NCBI GenBank assembly: GCA_050084515.1
Contig: CM114271.1
Location: forward strand, 12,834,001 to 12,898,000
Direction: 5' to 3'
DNA: 64,000 nt
Source: Blasia pusilla
Lineage: Eukaryota
Each line of letters starts with the position of its first letter. The first letter of the stretch is position 1. The notes under the pieces were generated by a model. The model worked only from the letters and a program-made list of their open reading frames with translations, did not search any database and was not told where the DNA came from. Below, piece by piece: positions 27,761 through 41,589 of this stretch. The translations under genes were made by a program, and so were the position numbers.

Positions 27761-30700
27761 TTCAAGCGACATAGTAGGTTTACTCTTGTGAATGACATAA
27801 CATGGAGTTATTATTAGGAGATGGTTTGGTGCAACCACTCTAGTAGAGGTCGTGGTCCAAGAGCAACACATAACAACAATCAACATGAGGAGTTGCCATT
27901 GTATGAGCATGCGCCTAATCCTACCATTGTGCCACATACCCATTCCATCAAAGCACCATAATGCCAAGATCAAGCTGTCACACATGTTAAGAACTGAATC
28001 TCTATCCTTGTATTGTGTAACGATTCAGTGTATGTGGTTGCTAAAGTGTTTTTAGTAGGTTCCCACCAGTTACTTGGACTTCACAAGCATGATTCTGAGC
28101 GACGTTCATGCCCAGCCAAAAGAGTTCAAGCCTAAGTTCATCTTTATAATAGAGAACCAAATATAAATATATGGAAAACTTGGGCATGGTACCCACTTTT
28201 TTTGGAGCAGGGAATGACAGGAAGGCAAATCGAGAGTTTGATTGGTTAGGGCTAGCTTTGGGATTCCAAGTTCCGGAGGATCAATAAGGAAGCATCTACT
28301 TCACATATACTTCATTTTCCATAACTATTTCCATTTCTAAATTGTATGATTTTTTCTTCACTTTGCTACAATTTTAATTTCATCTTCCTTCATCCAGGTA
28401 TCCAAAAAGAGGTCCTAAATTTCAAAAAAATTGACTTGAAAGAGACCACTCTGACCAAGAAGGACGCAACAAAGTTGTTAAGCTTGGTATTTGGTGGAAT
28501 GAGGATAGACCAGCTTTGTCTTGAGGCATAAAATGCACTTTCTTGTTATTTTGACGTAGGTTGCAGGTGTGCGACTTAATCCACCTCCACAAAGGTTCAA
28601 TTTTGGTGTAGGGTAGTGTACATCACATACAACATCCAACAACTATGACAATACTCCTTTGCGTTGCCACCGTCAACATGGATCTATTGTTGCTTGTGTT
28701 TATGATTCCATTTCTTATGCACTAGATGAAGTAGAGAAACGTTCTAATCGCTTGTCTATAGAGGTTTCTATTCTTACAAATATGTTAAGATCAGCTTAAG
28801 AGGATGCTTGGTCAAGTGTGGCTACAGTAGTTGAGGCAAAACATAAGTTAGCATAAGCCAAAGCCGAGCTCAAAGATTTCTGCAAAGACATCAGATCTTA
28901 CATAGATAATGGTTGGAAACTCCGCTTGTGAGTATCTATAATAGAATTGATGCTCTGATGATAGTTTTGGGAGCTACCCTTCTATTGCCTATTTTTGTCT
29001 TACTGCATTTAAGGATCCGAGTTTGTGCTTTATTTCAAGCACCCCCAATTTTTGGCAGATCTCTTTATTAGATGCTAAGGACCTTGATTTTCACTTGTTG
29101 TTTTGTAGCATCAAAAATCAGAGTAGCAATTTAGGTTCACTCGTCATAATATGACAACATCTCAATCTCTACCATGATTGTTGTAGACCAGAGTTTCACT
29201 TGCTGTTTCGTAGGAGCACTTTTGCTTACATCGCCAACAAATGCAAAATTTTGAATTACTCTCATATTAGCTCTTTTGTTTTTCCAATGAATGGTATCTC
29301 CACTCGCATTCTTTATGCACATTTATTTGTTCCTACATTGCTTGCTTGTAGCATCTTACTCAATTGCCTATGTGATGATCTCCTATTCCCAGTACCATGC
29401 ATATATAAGTCTCAATTTATCTATGTTTCTCTTAGCCACCACAGTTTTAATTCTAAGGTTAACAAAACCTTCCACAACTATTCATTAATCTGTTCCACGA
29501 GGAGACTTCACGAATCACCAATAGTATCAACCATTATTTATTCCAATTGTACCATTCATTAACACTATAGATGTATGCAATATAACACATATTTTAACTT
29601 TCATCTCCGATTAGTGCTTTGCAGTTGGTGCCCACGTACTAAGAACCGATTTCCTTGTTCCACGATGCCCCATTTGTCTAAGTCATTTCAACCATACTAT
29701 TGTCATAAGTTCTCAATCCTATAACTTGTGCCTTGTATTCCTTGTCTTGGAAAAAAGAAGTTCTTTTCTGCCCAACTTTCCGGTGTCTTATAAAATGGCC
29801 AACATTCCATCATTTAAATGGATTATTATGGGCCTCACACTGAATTATTTTTTATGAAAGAAGAAAGATTTTTATTAGTCGAAAGAAAATCCTCCATGGA
29901 TTTTCTTTTGACTAATAAAAATAGGAAGAAAATTCGTAGAGGAGGATATGAAATTTAAAATAAATAAATTTGAAGTGCAATTATTTAAATATAAACCCTA
30001 CGTTGTTTAGAAGACTTCAGAGTGAAGCCTGAATGAGGGGGAAGGTGTCTTAGTTTGGGGAACATGCATGAGGGGTTGAAAGTTGTAACTTGAAAGCTCG
30101 ATGCCTATCTCGCACCTTTATTCACCGAGCGGGTCCATGATGACTCTCTAGGTTTCTTCTGCTCACGGTGCTCTCACGGATGTGAAGCTCTCATCATGAG
30201 TGGTGAGGCCCTCGTGTCACATTCGTACAGAAGGGGGCCGGAGGAGGTTGAGGAGGCGGAGGCCTTGCGGCCTTAGGTCTTTCGACTCTTGGGCGATAGG
30301 AGCCACAAGGAAGGTAGGAGGCTCGATTGATATTTCGTTCGGTGCCCAAGGCTACTAACTACCTACAACTAGAATGCGCACTGTACGCTACAATAGTACA
30401 GGAGATAGGAAAGGACGCAGCTACAAACATGCACACGAAGCTGAGAAAAAGCGGTGGACGCGTCGAAAAGAAAAGAGAGAGTATCTCCGGTGTACGTGGC
30501 TCGAGGTAGAGCGGACATAGTCATACCCCATGTGCCATCGGAAGAGGACCCAAAAGTGACGTTCGCGCCTTGCTAAAGGAGACTCATGAAACGATTACTG
30601 AATTGTCACCGATACCTTCGGTGCTAGCACAGCCAAACAGTAGCAAGTAGATGAGGGATTACGTTGATCTCTTTCGCTTTCCCAATTCCCTTGTGGACCC

Positions 30701-33700
30701 GCTATCATGTTCTCTCCTCGTGACGACTGAGATCGGCTTGACGTAGGGGCCATGAGGAGCGTTGTCTCCTTTTCAGCAGCAGTACACCCCGTGTCCCCCG
30801 GCAACAGAGCACGACATGAGTCCGCAGGAAAAGAGAGGAGAAAACCCGCAAGATCTACGCTCGTGTACTAACCTAAGCAAAAGAGGAAATGACTACTCTA
30901 TCGCCGTCCCGCTTTCTGAAACCTCCCTGCACCCTAACCTCTCCATCCATCTATCCATACCGAATCGCGCGTGTCCGGAAACCACTCGAATATGTTCTTG
31001 CGCCCTTTTTTCCTAGCTCTTGATCTTCTTGGGAATTGGAATACATAGCTGTCGCTCTAGCTTTTCTAAGAGTCGGAATAATGCGCTCGATTCCCGGTGA
31101 AAAGAGGCAGATTAGTTTAAGTCGGTGACCGAACATAACGACGAAGGACTCAAGGAGGCGGCTAATTCCTTGTAGGAATTTGACGGTTCCCGTCAGATAC
31201 TCACGGACGAACAGTTTGGATGGATTGATAATAGTAATAAAAGTGTCCGCAAACTGGGGTGTGCGTCCATATTCCACCAGTGAGTTTGGAATAGTAGAGA
31301 GGTGGGATCGAGCATGGTAGTCATTCGTAAGGAGGAGATCACACACGTGCATGACGAGAGGAAATGCGCAACGCACGTAAATGAAATGATACGGGTTCCA
31401 GTGAGGTGCGTCTGCCAAGGGAAACCACACCAACGTAGGAAGGTAGATCTTAAGGGTTTAAGCGAGTTGGTCAATGACAGCAAGAAATCCAAGATTTTGA
31501 GATTCCTGGGATCAAAATAAGTTTTCCACTGAGTTCCTACGAAAACGATCGGAGAAAGTCGTGGAAGACTACACCATAAAATGCTAAGTCCCCACTACCG
31601 AAAGCATATCCTTACTATGCAGTCGTACAAATCCCTTGACGTGAACCGCATGTTACCCTCCAATGAGGATTACTGAAAGAAACAAAACTCACCGCTATTA
31701 TATGGGCAGGAAACGTCTCGCAATATCCTCCCACAATCCCCTCCTTGATTTTGGGGTGAGAATGTGGAGGGTTGGAAATCACGACAAAGAGCGCACTTCT
31801 GAGCCTTACCATTCTCTCGATGCGGACAACGAGGCGCCCCACCGGAAGTCATTCAGCCCGTTACGACAAAGCACATAACCGGACTCAATTTGAACCTCCC
31901 GTCCCCTTGTCTCGGACCCCACCAACAATAATGAGCCCAGTTTCAATTAATTCTCCATGTGATTTGGCCTCCGAACGAAACTCCACTTGACCGATTGGAA
32001 GTTGGAACACGGTGGGGAAAGTGTGCTCATCAATTTCTCACCTCGAACTCCCCCGAAGTAACAAGTTTATCGTGAGAAGACCCAGTCAAACCTCGAAGAC
32101 CTAGCGTCATCATGTCGGAAAGGATCCCTGAATCGTGGGCGTCGGGGCGCTTTAATTTAGGGTGGGCACTAATTTAATTTAAACGAGGAGAAAGTAGGAA
32201 AAACTAAGAACCTAAGAATTGCACGCCCCCATGAAAAATAACTAAACACGGAAAAGACCAAGACAGATTGTGGATGCATGATGATGAATCGCAGATCAGA
32301 AGGAACAACGATTTTGAATAATTTTGCTAGAACTCATGAGTTTTAACCTGTAGAAATCCACACAGAGCGCGGGAGTCATGCGTTTTCTTCCACCCTCGCG
32401 CACTATATTATCGTCGACTGGACTCCAGCCATTGCTCGATGACGGCAACCCCGGAATCAGTGCGTGTTCTTCATCTCGGATCCGCCGCCCGCCACCTCCT
32501 GCTCCCCAACCCGAATCGTTCGCCTACAGTGAGAAAGAAACAACAATGTCCATGATCTTCTAGGTCCCGGGCTTTGAGCGTGCACATGATCGCTATTTTC
32601 TATATATATATATATATAGTTCATTTTCTTCTCACATGATCGGCCCGGGAGCTCAGGCGGCGCTCTACGGCGGCGAGTTTAGACTCCCGATGCATGTTGG
32701 CTCTAGTGGAATGAGAATCCACGCCCTGCGTGCGTCAAGCGCCGAGAGCATGCATTTGTTTGTGATCGGGGAAATGTGAAGACTCCGAAGAGTTGTTGAC
32801 CGAACCACGACGTTATAATACCATGGAGGCTAAAACATGATCGTTTCCTGTGCATGTGTATAACATAGCCAGATTGAGCATGTTCCATAGCGACCGAGAG
32901 CGTGAGCGCGTTTTAACAAGTTCCGTAATATGAATTCCTCAAATTTCTCGAAACTCTAAATCTTCCGAGACGCCACTCGAAATGTTTGAGCATACTCATC
33001 GTGGGGTTTAGTAGAGAATAATAAAATTAATCATTATCCTCTGGTTGAAGCATTCGAGGATCCCTACAAACTACAGGTGGTAATCGAGGAAATTTGAAAT
33101 CGATAGAAATAATGGGTGATTGAGTTTGTTTACCTTACAATTGTTAATTAAAAATTAGGTTCACGGGTGTGGAATTTTATTTTTTTGGAAGCGGCCGTTT
33201 TTTTTCAAAGTGTTCTCAGCCAATAATTGTTGGATTTCTCAACCACTGGAATTATTATAAATTGATTTAATAAATTCTCAAAATTTTGGAGGTTAGTCTT
33301 ATTTTTTTAATAATTTTGATCTTTACTACCCCAAATATAGTGAGATTTTTTTAATATATTTTTTTGAGTATGCCACAACAACCCTTTAGTCGAGCGGTTC
33401 TCTCAACATATAGCACTATGGTTTGACTCCAAATTTAGGTTTGTTTTATATTTAGAGGTTAAAAGTGTTCTTATTAGACCTTCTAAGCGAGCCTCGTAAG
33501 CAAGTCTCGTGGCATTTTGACTGTTGCCTATCTTACAGTAGTAGTTTGCTTTTGTTCCGCGGCTCTCTTTCTTCACACCTCATCTTCGCTTTGATTAAGC
33601 CTAGTGTCGACTTCATGGAGATGATGTTGAAATCTCTACTGCCAGCCATGTGTGAGTTTCTGCCCATCTTTAAAATTTTCATCGAATATTGTATGTAGAT

Positions 33701-34779
33701 TTTGATAACGATCAAGCATTCTAGCTAATTCGGCTCATCGTATCGTACGAGATGAAAGTGTTATCTCCTCCCGTTTTTCTTGAGCTATATGAATGAGTGA
33801 GTACCTAAACTAAACTCGAGCATGAGGCCAAGAAACCTTCATCTCCCATTCTAAATTGCAATGCAGCCTAGTCTTGCACTCTATAGTCGCCTTCGTATTC
33901 TTACACAATGACCTATACAAACCGCAAAGCCTACACTTGAGCTCTGAAAGATTTTTTCTAGATCAATGGTAGAAAACTCCAGCCCTTGTCTTTAGAGTGG
34001 TTGTCTACACTCTGAATTTATTTCTTTAGTCTTTGATTTTCTATCTTAAACCTTTAGAAGTCCTTTATGTTCATTTTTCTGCTTGTTGTTTTTTCTGAAA
34101 AAGTTTGCATAATGAAGATGGAGGATAAAGAACACAATCATGCATAGAGGAGATGAGGCAATGTTTTTGTGTTTTCAATATTGATACGATATTAAACTAA
34201 ACATAAGTCATAACCACAAGAGACTAAGTTGTGGATCACATCGATTCGCCAACAGTTGTAACCCTTCTATGAGAGCTAAGTCTCTGATGAGATACTTAGT
34301 TTACACCACATGATTAAATGACATATCCATTTCACAAAAATCTTTCCCCTTGATTGGCAAACCACCAATAGATCTTGATCCATTTAGAGAAGAGTGAGTT
34401 GCTCCCGTAATGGATCTTAGAGAAAGTTCTTGGATTTTTTCACAACATGTGGATAGTTTGGAGAACAATGTACCTTTCTATGAACCCATTCTCTAAATGC
34501 TTCACACTACTATAGATAATAATGACCTAGTCATTACAAAAGCCATGATCACGCCCGAACTTCTAACACTCCCACTTCATGACTCACTTCTTATTAATCA
34601 AGTCCCAAACTCAAACAATGTTGATGATACTTCGATCTTGGTAGCGCCTTTGTAAAAATATTCGCCACCATCTCTTCTATTGGAAAATACTTCACTTGGA
34701 TTTCTCCATCGGTCACATTGTCACGTACAAATGATGATGTATTTCGACATGTTTCATTCTATCATGAAACCTTTTGGCA

Positions 34780-35960
34780 CTTAACAAAGCTACAGAATCT
34801 TATTAACACACTGAATTATTGGTGATTCTTGAGCAAAGCTGACTATACTCAGTAGCTTCTTCAACCACATTGCTTCAACTCTTGTTGTTGTCAGTGCACC
34901 ACACTCAGCTTCACTACTTGAAAAAGCATCATTATTTTGTAACTTTGAGTTCCAGCTACTACTTGCATTGTTGACTAGAAAAACTCCCTTAAGTGGATTT
35001 TCAAGAATCTAACTCTCGGGCCGAGTCCACATGAGAATAACCATGAAGAATCACACCTTTTTTTTATCTCTGATACTTGATTCCAACTTCAGCAGTTCCT
35101 TTGAGGTATCTAATCACCCTCTTCACTCTTGTCCAAGGAATCCTTTCTAGATTGTGCATAACATGATGTATGCTGCTTAGTACAAAAGCCACGTCACGGT
35201 GAGTGCAAATAGTAGCCTACATCAGACTTCCCACAACACTATGATATGGCACGTCATCCATATGTGCCTTGTCTTCTTTCAACTCTAGACAAACATCCGA
35301 AGATAACTTATGTCCAGCTTCTATGGGAGTAGTTATCATGGTTGCACGGAAACAGACAAGTCTTGACATGTAGACGAACAAGCTTGTGCCTAGCCCGACT
35401 ACCCGCACGGCGGGCTCGATGCAGGCCTAGAGCCCACGCCCAACCCGCCGAGGGCCCGCATGCGGACTCACGGCTTGTAAAAATTGGTCCGCATGACCAA
35501 ATCTTGCGGGCCCTAAGCCCACACCCAAGCTGGGTTGCGGGCCACGCAACGGGTGTAGGCTCCGAGCGGGCTTGTGTGCGGGCTTAGATATGGGCTCAAG
35601 TACCCAGGCCCGCACAGACATGTCCATCCATAGGATGAACATAAGTCTACGGACACGAAATTTGTCCTTGTGCAACCTTGGTAGTTACATGTTTACAACC
35701 ATCCATTCAAAACTTATTCAGAATTCGTGAAATGTATCTCCTTTGACTCAACTTAATCCATCCCTCATTTCTATTCCTCAAAACTTCCATGGCAAGATAC
35801 TGAGTGATTTCACTAAGATCTGAGATTTCAAATTCTCAGTTGAGTAGATGCTTTACTATTTAAAGTGATTGTTTATGATTATTGACGAGGATAGTATCAT
35901 CCACATATAAGGCCATCGGCACAAATCTCTTTGATAATCTAGCAAGTACCATGACAAGTA
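34780..35960 (-). mobile_element. Degenerate Ty1/copia RT-RNaseH remnant
   Basis: LYVDD (~35897-35911), MDGCKHVTTPIEAGHKL, VPYHSVVGSLM, SSWNSKLQNNDAFSSSEAECGAL...EAMWLKKLL. Confidence 0.85.
35337..35680. mobile_element. hAT-type MITE inserted in the copia RT remnant
   Basis: TIRs CATGGTTGCAC / GTGCAACCTTG; 8-bp TSD GTAGTTAT / GTAGTTAC (7/8); GC-rich GCCCG subterminal motifs. Confidence 0.85.
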
Positions 35961-36559
35961 CCGTGAATGTGCTTGTTTATGGGCTTCAATGGGCGTGGGC
36001 TCACATGCCTTACATGCACTGGGCTTGGTTACTAGACAACCATGTTCTCCTCAAACATTTAGGAGGGAGTATTTACATTTAGGAATTGAAGGGCAATTTT
36101 TAAAAGGGGAAGAGTGTTCCTAGTAGGGAGTTTTAAAGTATTTGGTGCCTCGTATTAGACCGAGCTTTGATCACTCTCGATTTCCTTTCTGGTGCGTGGC
36201 TGATCAAATCTTGTGTGGAGAGAAGGATGGGGCAGAGACAGGGAGTGTGAAATACTATTCCTTCCTCTCATCACGAATGGTTTTTCAAAAACATGATGGG
36301 AGCCATATGAGGGGTGCACATGGCTTGCTTTACATGAGACCTTCTTATTGAATGAGGTCTTGATTTTTAAAAAATCAGTGTGATACAAACCTAGATGTGG
36401 CTTTGTTTTAGGTATGTGCAAGCTAAGTATATCAACTTGTAAATGAGGCACTTGAATGTATCACAGAGGGTGAAGTATTCACTCGTTTTCCATACTTGAA
36501 CATAAATTTGTCCAAAACTGACAATCATGCCAAGTGTCTCTGAGAGATAACGATTGTCG

Positions 36560-37219
36560 AGAAAACTTTGACATGTTCTTGAATCCTATATTTTATTGGA
36601 GGATTCCACTTCACAGTCAGATTCATCTGATTATGATATTCCCTCCCTCGAGGATGACGATATGCTCAACGTTAGTGACACCATTTCCTCCGATTTGAGC
36701 TTACATAAGGAAGATCATTCTGAGGTTGATGAAGATATGTGGCAACTATATGAAATGGTATAGGGAAGTAGATTTTTAGGGGATCGAAATGGGGTGCCTA
36801 AATCCAAAGACTTTATGGATAACATCTTCCTTGATTTACCCCCAAATTCATTGAGGCAAGTAACCCAAATGTTCACGAGACTTTCCAAAAAAATTGAGCC
36901 TAATAGAAGACCATTCTATCTTCTACTCGAATGCTTTGGATACCCAAATCTTTGTAAAATTCCAATTGCAATTGGATGTAGCCCTTGACAGGCTAGGGCA
37001 TAACAAAAACAATGCTTGCTTAGTGCACATTCTATTCTTATGGGGCACATCCCATGGTTCTGTTGTGAACTATAGTAGAAGAGTTGTCATTGCTTTGGTT
37101 GATAGACTATCACAAGAGCTACAATGGCCCAACTCACAAGAACGCCAAAGGATCTCATATGAATTTAGAAAACATGGATTCACATGATGTGTTGGAGTGA
37201 TTCATGGGACTTTATTCCC
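36560..37219 (+). pseudogene. PIF/Harbinger transposase, 5' part (interrupted by the Gypsy insertion; start approximate)
   Basis: QLQLDVALDRLGH...WGTSHGSVVNYSRRVVIAL...QWPNSQERQRIS..F..HGFT*CVGVIHGTLF = HARBI1/DDE_Tnp_4-like, up to the first catalytic motif. Confidence 0.8.
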
Positions 37220-37347
37220 TGTCGTGCACATACACATCGCTACACAACATACATCGCTGTCACCAAACACACACACAACCACGCACGATCCCATGTTAAC
37301 TCATGGCATCCAAACACAAAGGTGAGAAGTACCAAAATATCTCCAAT
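37220..37347 (-). repeat. Terminal repeat B2 (128 bp)
   Basis: Direct repeat of 37864-37991, ~12 substitutions by eye. Confidence 0.9.
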
Positions 37348-37861
37348 TAAAGTAAGATCCAATCTCTTTCTACACCATCTCACACCATAGCTCTCAAAGG
37401 TGTGCACTCTCTCTCATGTCAAACCAAACCCACTCTCCTAATGAGAGGCTTGGGTTACACTCACAAGGCAAGGGACCATAGCTCCGTCGCCTCATGCCAA
37501 GAGGTTCAACAAAGAGAGAATGAGCTTTCAAGCTCTCTCTCCTTGAGGTATACTCCTCCCCTCACCCAAGCTCTCTCCATGGTAACCTATTCTCCCAAGT
37601 CACCTCCTTGGCTCCTGATCTGATGCATGAGGTCAAGAGCCACTTACCAAAAATAGAAAGTTGATCATATACTCAAAATGGTACTTACCTAAAATAGTTA
37701 GTTCCTCAATATGGCTCCAAATGAGCCGAAACGAAGGGGAAACTTGCTCTCTAAGGTTTCCTGGGGGCTCACCAGGTCATCCTCAACCTATTGAGCCCGT
37801 CCTCCACTACTCACAAAGGCGCTCTACTAGATCTCACCGATCTATACTAAAAGACGTGACA
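37348..37861 (-). repeat. Repeat A2 (514 bp)
   Basis: Direct repeat of 46796-47309, ~26 substitutions and no indels by eye. Confidence 0.93.
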
Positions 37862-37863
37862 AC

Positions 37864-37991
37864 TGTGGTGCGCATACACATTGTTACACAACATACATCG
37901 CTGTCACTGGACACACACACAAACACGCACGATCCCATGCTAACTCATGGCATCCTAACACAGAGGCGAGAAGTACCAAAATATCTCCAAT
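37864..37991 (-). repeat. Repeat B1 (128 bp), preceded on the sense strand by a PPT-like AGGGGGGTG
   Basis: Direct repeat of 37220-37347; plus-strand CACCCCCCT at 37992-38000. Confidence 0.9.
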
Positions 37992-38177
37992 CACCCCCCT
38001 AGATGGTGGTTAGGTCCCTCTAACTCCAGATAGACATCTATCCCTACCTACCACGACATACATCTCTAAGACACTAAGAGCAAAATGGCCGGGTGCTCAT
38101 GTGGCCCCATCATTAGTCGCCTTCCTATCATCCATGTCACAGAAAAAGAGGGAACTGAAACCTACCTAGTATCTCCT

Positions 38178-38325
38178 CTATGTACATCTGGGACACATCC
38201 AGCGTCCCCGAGGAACCCTAGTGAGAGGTGACGTCTGAGATGCCATATGCCAAGCTCTCGAACAACCATCATATACTAGCATCGTGGCCGTACCATAGGC
38301 AAAACCACACAACATGCAACGTAAG
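38178..38325 (-). pseudogene. PHD finger at the integrase C-terminus
   Basis: CMLCGFAYGTATMLVYDGCSRAWHMASQTSPLTRVPRGRWMCPRC = C4HC3 pattern; the two mutated Cys are intact in the copy at ~21425-21570. Confidence 0.88.
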
Positions 38326-39460
38326 CCTGCAAGAACTACAACTAAGCTCGGATCTACTGTACCATCAATGTTAGGAAGGTGATATGGCGCAAAATTATGC
38401 ACATGGTCCTTCCATACCATACCATCGCATCCCTCCAGCAAGAGAAAACCGGATGGCAAAACGTCACGCACTCTCAGGATTATGCACCTGCAGTCACATC
38501 CAACGTCGTCGGCGCCGTCTGCTGCAAGTAGACATAATCTCCTTGATGAAACCTCCGGATAGTTGATCGATAATCACCACCCCGAATAGTCGCATACCTC
38601 AACGTATCCCGATGCTGCGCAATCGCCAAGTTCTCGAACGCCATGGGCATCACTCTCCAAAACAACTCAGCCCTCTGAGAACATGCTCGCATCCATACAT
38701 CTGGGTCATCAAGGTCCAACACCTCACCAGCATCTCGAAAAATAGCCACAGGTAAATCTAGCTCTCCGCCATAAAGTGGCAAGTACGGTGAAAAAGACGT
38801 TAAGGATGCCTGCTGCTGAATCTGTATCCCATCGCCAACTAGGGCAACTGGAGGTCCCAATCTCCTAGGTGACCTCTCTGCAAGCCATACTTGCGTAAAA
38901 CCCTCTTCACCGTCTGCATAACTCTCTCCGCTAATCCATCCGCCTCACGATGGTCTATCGAAGTCGTGCGATGGTCAATCAGTGCCTGATCACACAAGGC
39001 CTGGAACTCACCGCAAAACTTGGTACCCTGGTCTGTCAACACCTCAGCTGGTGCGCCATAATGACTCAGTACTCTGTCAAGGAAGGCATAGGCTACTTCC
39101 TCACTCGCTTTGTCAGGCAATGCAACCGACTCGATCCACTTCGAGAAGTGCTCGACCATCACCAAGACATAACGACTATGACGCTCCGTCAAAGGCAAAG
39201 GTCCTGCAAAATCCAAACTCCATCTATACCCTAAGCCCATGATCGGTAATGGATGCAACTGTGGAGTCGGAGCATTGAACGATGCTCGGACCCGATCACA
39301 CCACATGCACCTGGCAACAAACTGCTGAACGTCAGTCTACATACCTCGCCACCAATACTGAATCTAGAGCAAGTTGTACGTCCGCTTCACCCCAAAGTGA
39401 CCCAACTCCTTGTGGGCATGCTGCACTAGTCCTGCTCTCTGCAAAGGATGCGGCACTACG
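38326..39460 (-). pseudogene. DDE integrase (HHCC + rve core)
   Basis: HKELGHFG zinc domain; WSLDFAG, VLTDQG, DGLAERV catalytic triad. Confidence 0.93.
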
Positions 39461-39879
39461 CGTACTCTGCCATCCTCCAAAACCCTCAAAACATGTGTCC
39501 CCTCCCAACGGAACCGTCTGGCCTGCTGTAGGATCCGATCCCGCTCTCTAGCACCCACGGTGCTCGTAATGCTGCCAATCCGAAGGCACTCCAAGAATGC
39601 TCCATCATCATGAATATCTCGGCCATCTGTCGTCTCCTCACTGGCCTCGGGATCGAAGGACTCTCCACTAGACCTCGCCATCAAAGTCTTCACACTCTGG
39701 CTCTCCATAGCCAACATGCCTAAATAGGTTGACGCGTGCCATCCTGGCACTGATTCCTCATCACTCTCTCCATGCCATCGAGCTCCAATCGTATCTCGCT
39801 GACTCGGGCATGGGTTACAACTCAACCCATCTGCATCCTGGTTGAGCGTCCGAGCTCTATGTACCACCTGTAAATCATA

Positions 39880-41030
39880 CTCCTGCAACATCACAACCCA
39901 TCTCGCAAGCTTCCCTATAAGCTTGTCGGACTCCATCAACCACTTCAGTGGTTGATGATCAGTGATGATGGTAAAGGGATTGCCAAAAAAGTAACATGTG
40001 AAATGCGCGACAGCCCACACCGTAGCCAAGCACTCACCCTCATACAAGCTAAACTTTGCCTCTACAGCATTATTTGAGCGGCTAACATAAGCCACCACAA
40101 ACTATCTACCCTCATCATCATGCTGGGTGAACACCGCTCGAAGCCCCAACATGCTCCAATCTGTGTGCAACTGGAAAGGATGCCCCCTAATTGGTCTCCT
40201 CAAGATGGGCGCGGATGTCAACCTGTCCTTGAGCAACTGAAATGCTCGCTCTTGCTCATCCCCCCATTGCCACTCATGATCCACCTTGATCAGCAAGGTC
40301 AACGGCTTTGCAATCAAAGTGAATCCCTTGACGTACCGCGGATAGAAGTTTGCCAATCCCATGAATGCGCGAACACGGCTCACATCTATATGGCGTGGAT
40401 TGCCTGAGATAGCCTCTACCTTTGTCTGCTGAACACCAAGGCCCCTTGGGTATATTGTATGACCCAAGTACTCAATCTGGTCGTAGAAGAATTTGCACTT
40501 GCCTGGATGTAGCTTCAGCCCATGTAATTGCAATCGTCAAAACACCTCCTCTAGATGTCGCTCATGCTCCTCAACCGTGGCGCTAAAGACTAAGATGTCA
40601 TCAATTTAACACTTAGAAAAATCCAAATCAGCTAAGATCCTATCCATGACCCTCTGAAACTCATCCGGGGCATTCTTTAACCCAAATGGTAAGAACCGCC
40701 ACTGGTACAAAAAATCCTTCCCGTGAGGATTGATGCCCCAAAATGCCCTCTTCTGCCTGTCCTCTAATCTGATAGGCAACTGGTGATATCCAACTCGCAA
40801 ATCCAATGAATTGAAGACCTTTGCGTGACCAATTGTATCAAAGATCTCCTCACGGATGGGCATGGCATACCTATCGAACTTCTTGTGCCGATTGATAGGT
40901 CGATAATCCCCACACATCCGCCTATCCTTCTAGTTGCCATGCACATCCTTCTTGGCGGGCATGACAGTGGCAGATGCATACTCCCTATGCAACATCTCCA
41001 CTAATCCTGCTCCAACCAAGTCTTGGCTCC
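39880..41030 (-). pseudogene. Gypsy reverse transcriptase + RNaseH
   Basis: MCGDYRPIN, LDLRVGYHQL, LPFGLKNAP, C*IDDI, KCKFF..IEYLGH, FQLHTDWS, YEGECLA, ITDHQPLKWL. Confidence 0.95.
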
Positions 41031-41589
41031 TACTCTAAATAAGAGCCCTCTCCATATCACTATACCTGTAGGGTCGTCGGAAGATCGGCGTATCACTCAA
41101 CAACTCAATGCAGATCCCCGGTCCCTTCAGCGTACCCAAATTCTCCATGCTAAACGCAAAGCAGCTCCTATAACTCCTGAGGAACTGATGTATTCGGCGC
41201 CGCTCTCCTCCTGTCAACTTAGGGCCCATATCTGGCTCCCAAGTCTCCATTGTGACTACGGTAGGACTCTCCGACGCGGATATTGGTGGTTGCTATGGTG
41301 CAACCCCCTCTCGAACAACAACACTCGACCGCTCTCCTACAGCCAACTGCAAACTCTGATCTCCTCCACATGCATTTCCCGGAACCACGCTCGATGTTAC
41401 GACTATCATCTCCTGGCGTACCTGCAAAACATCCTAAGAAGTCCAAGGGTGTCTCTCTCGATCTCCCCTGGTGTGTCAATCTCCTCGGGTCTCGCCCCCG
41501 CCATTTCCTCCACCATCTTGGTAGGCATGGGGCTCACCAACGCAACTACTCTGGTCTGTCGCGATCTCAACCGACGCTGCTCAGCCACT

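Noticed and set aside
37220-37991. B2-A2 read as a separate solo LTR inserted at the end of a normal element
   Set aside because: No TSD flanks 37220-37861, the TSD brackets 37220-47309, and the layout recurs at 60101 and 7680
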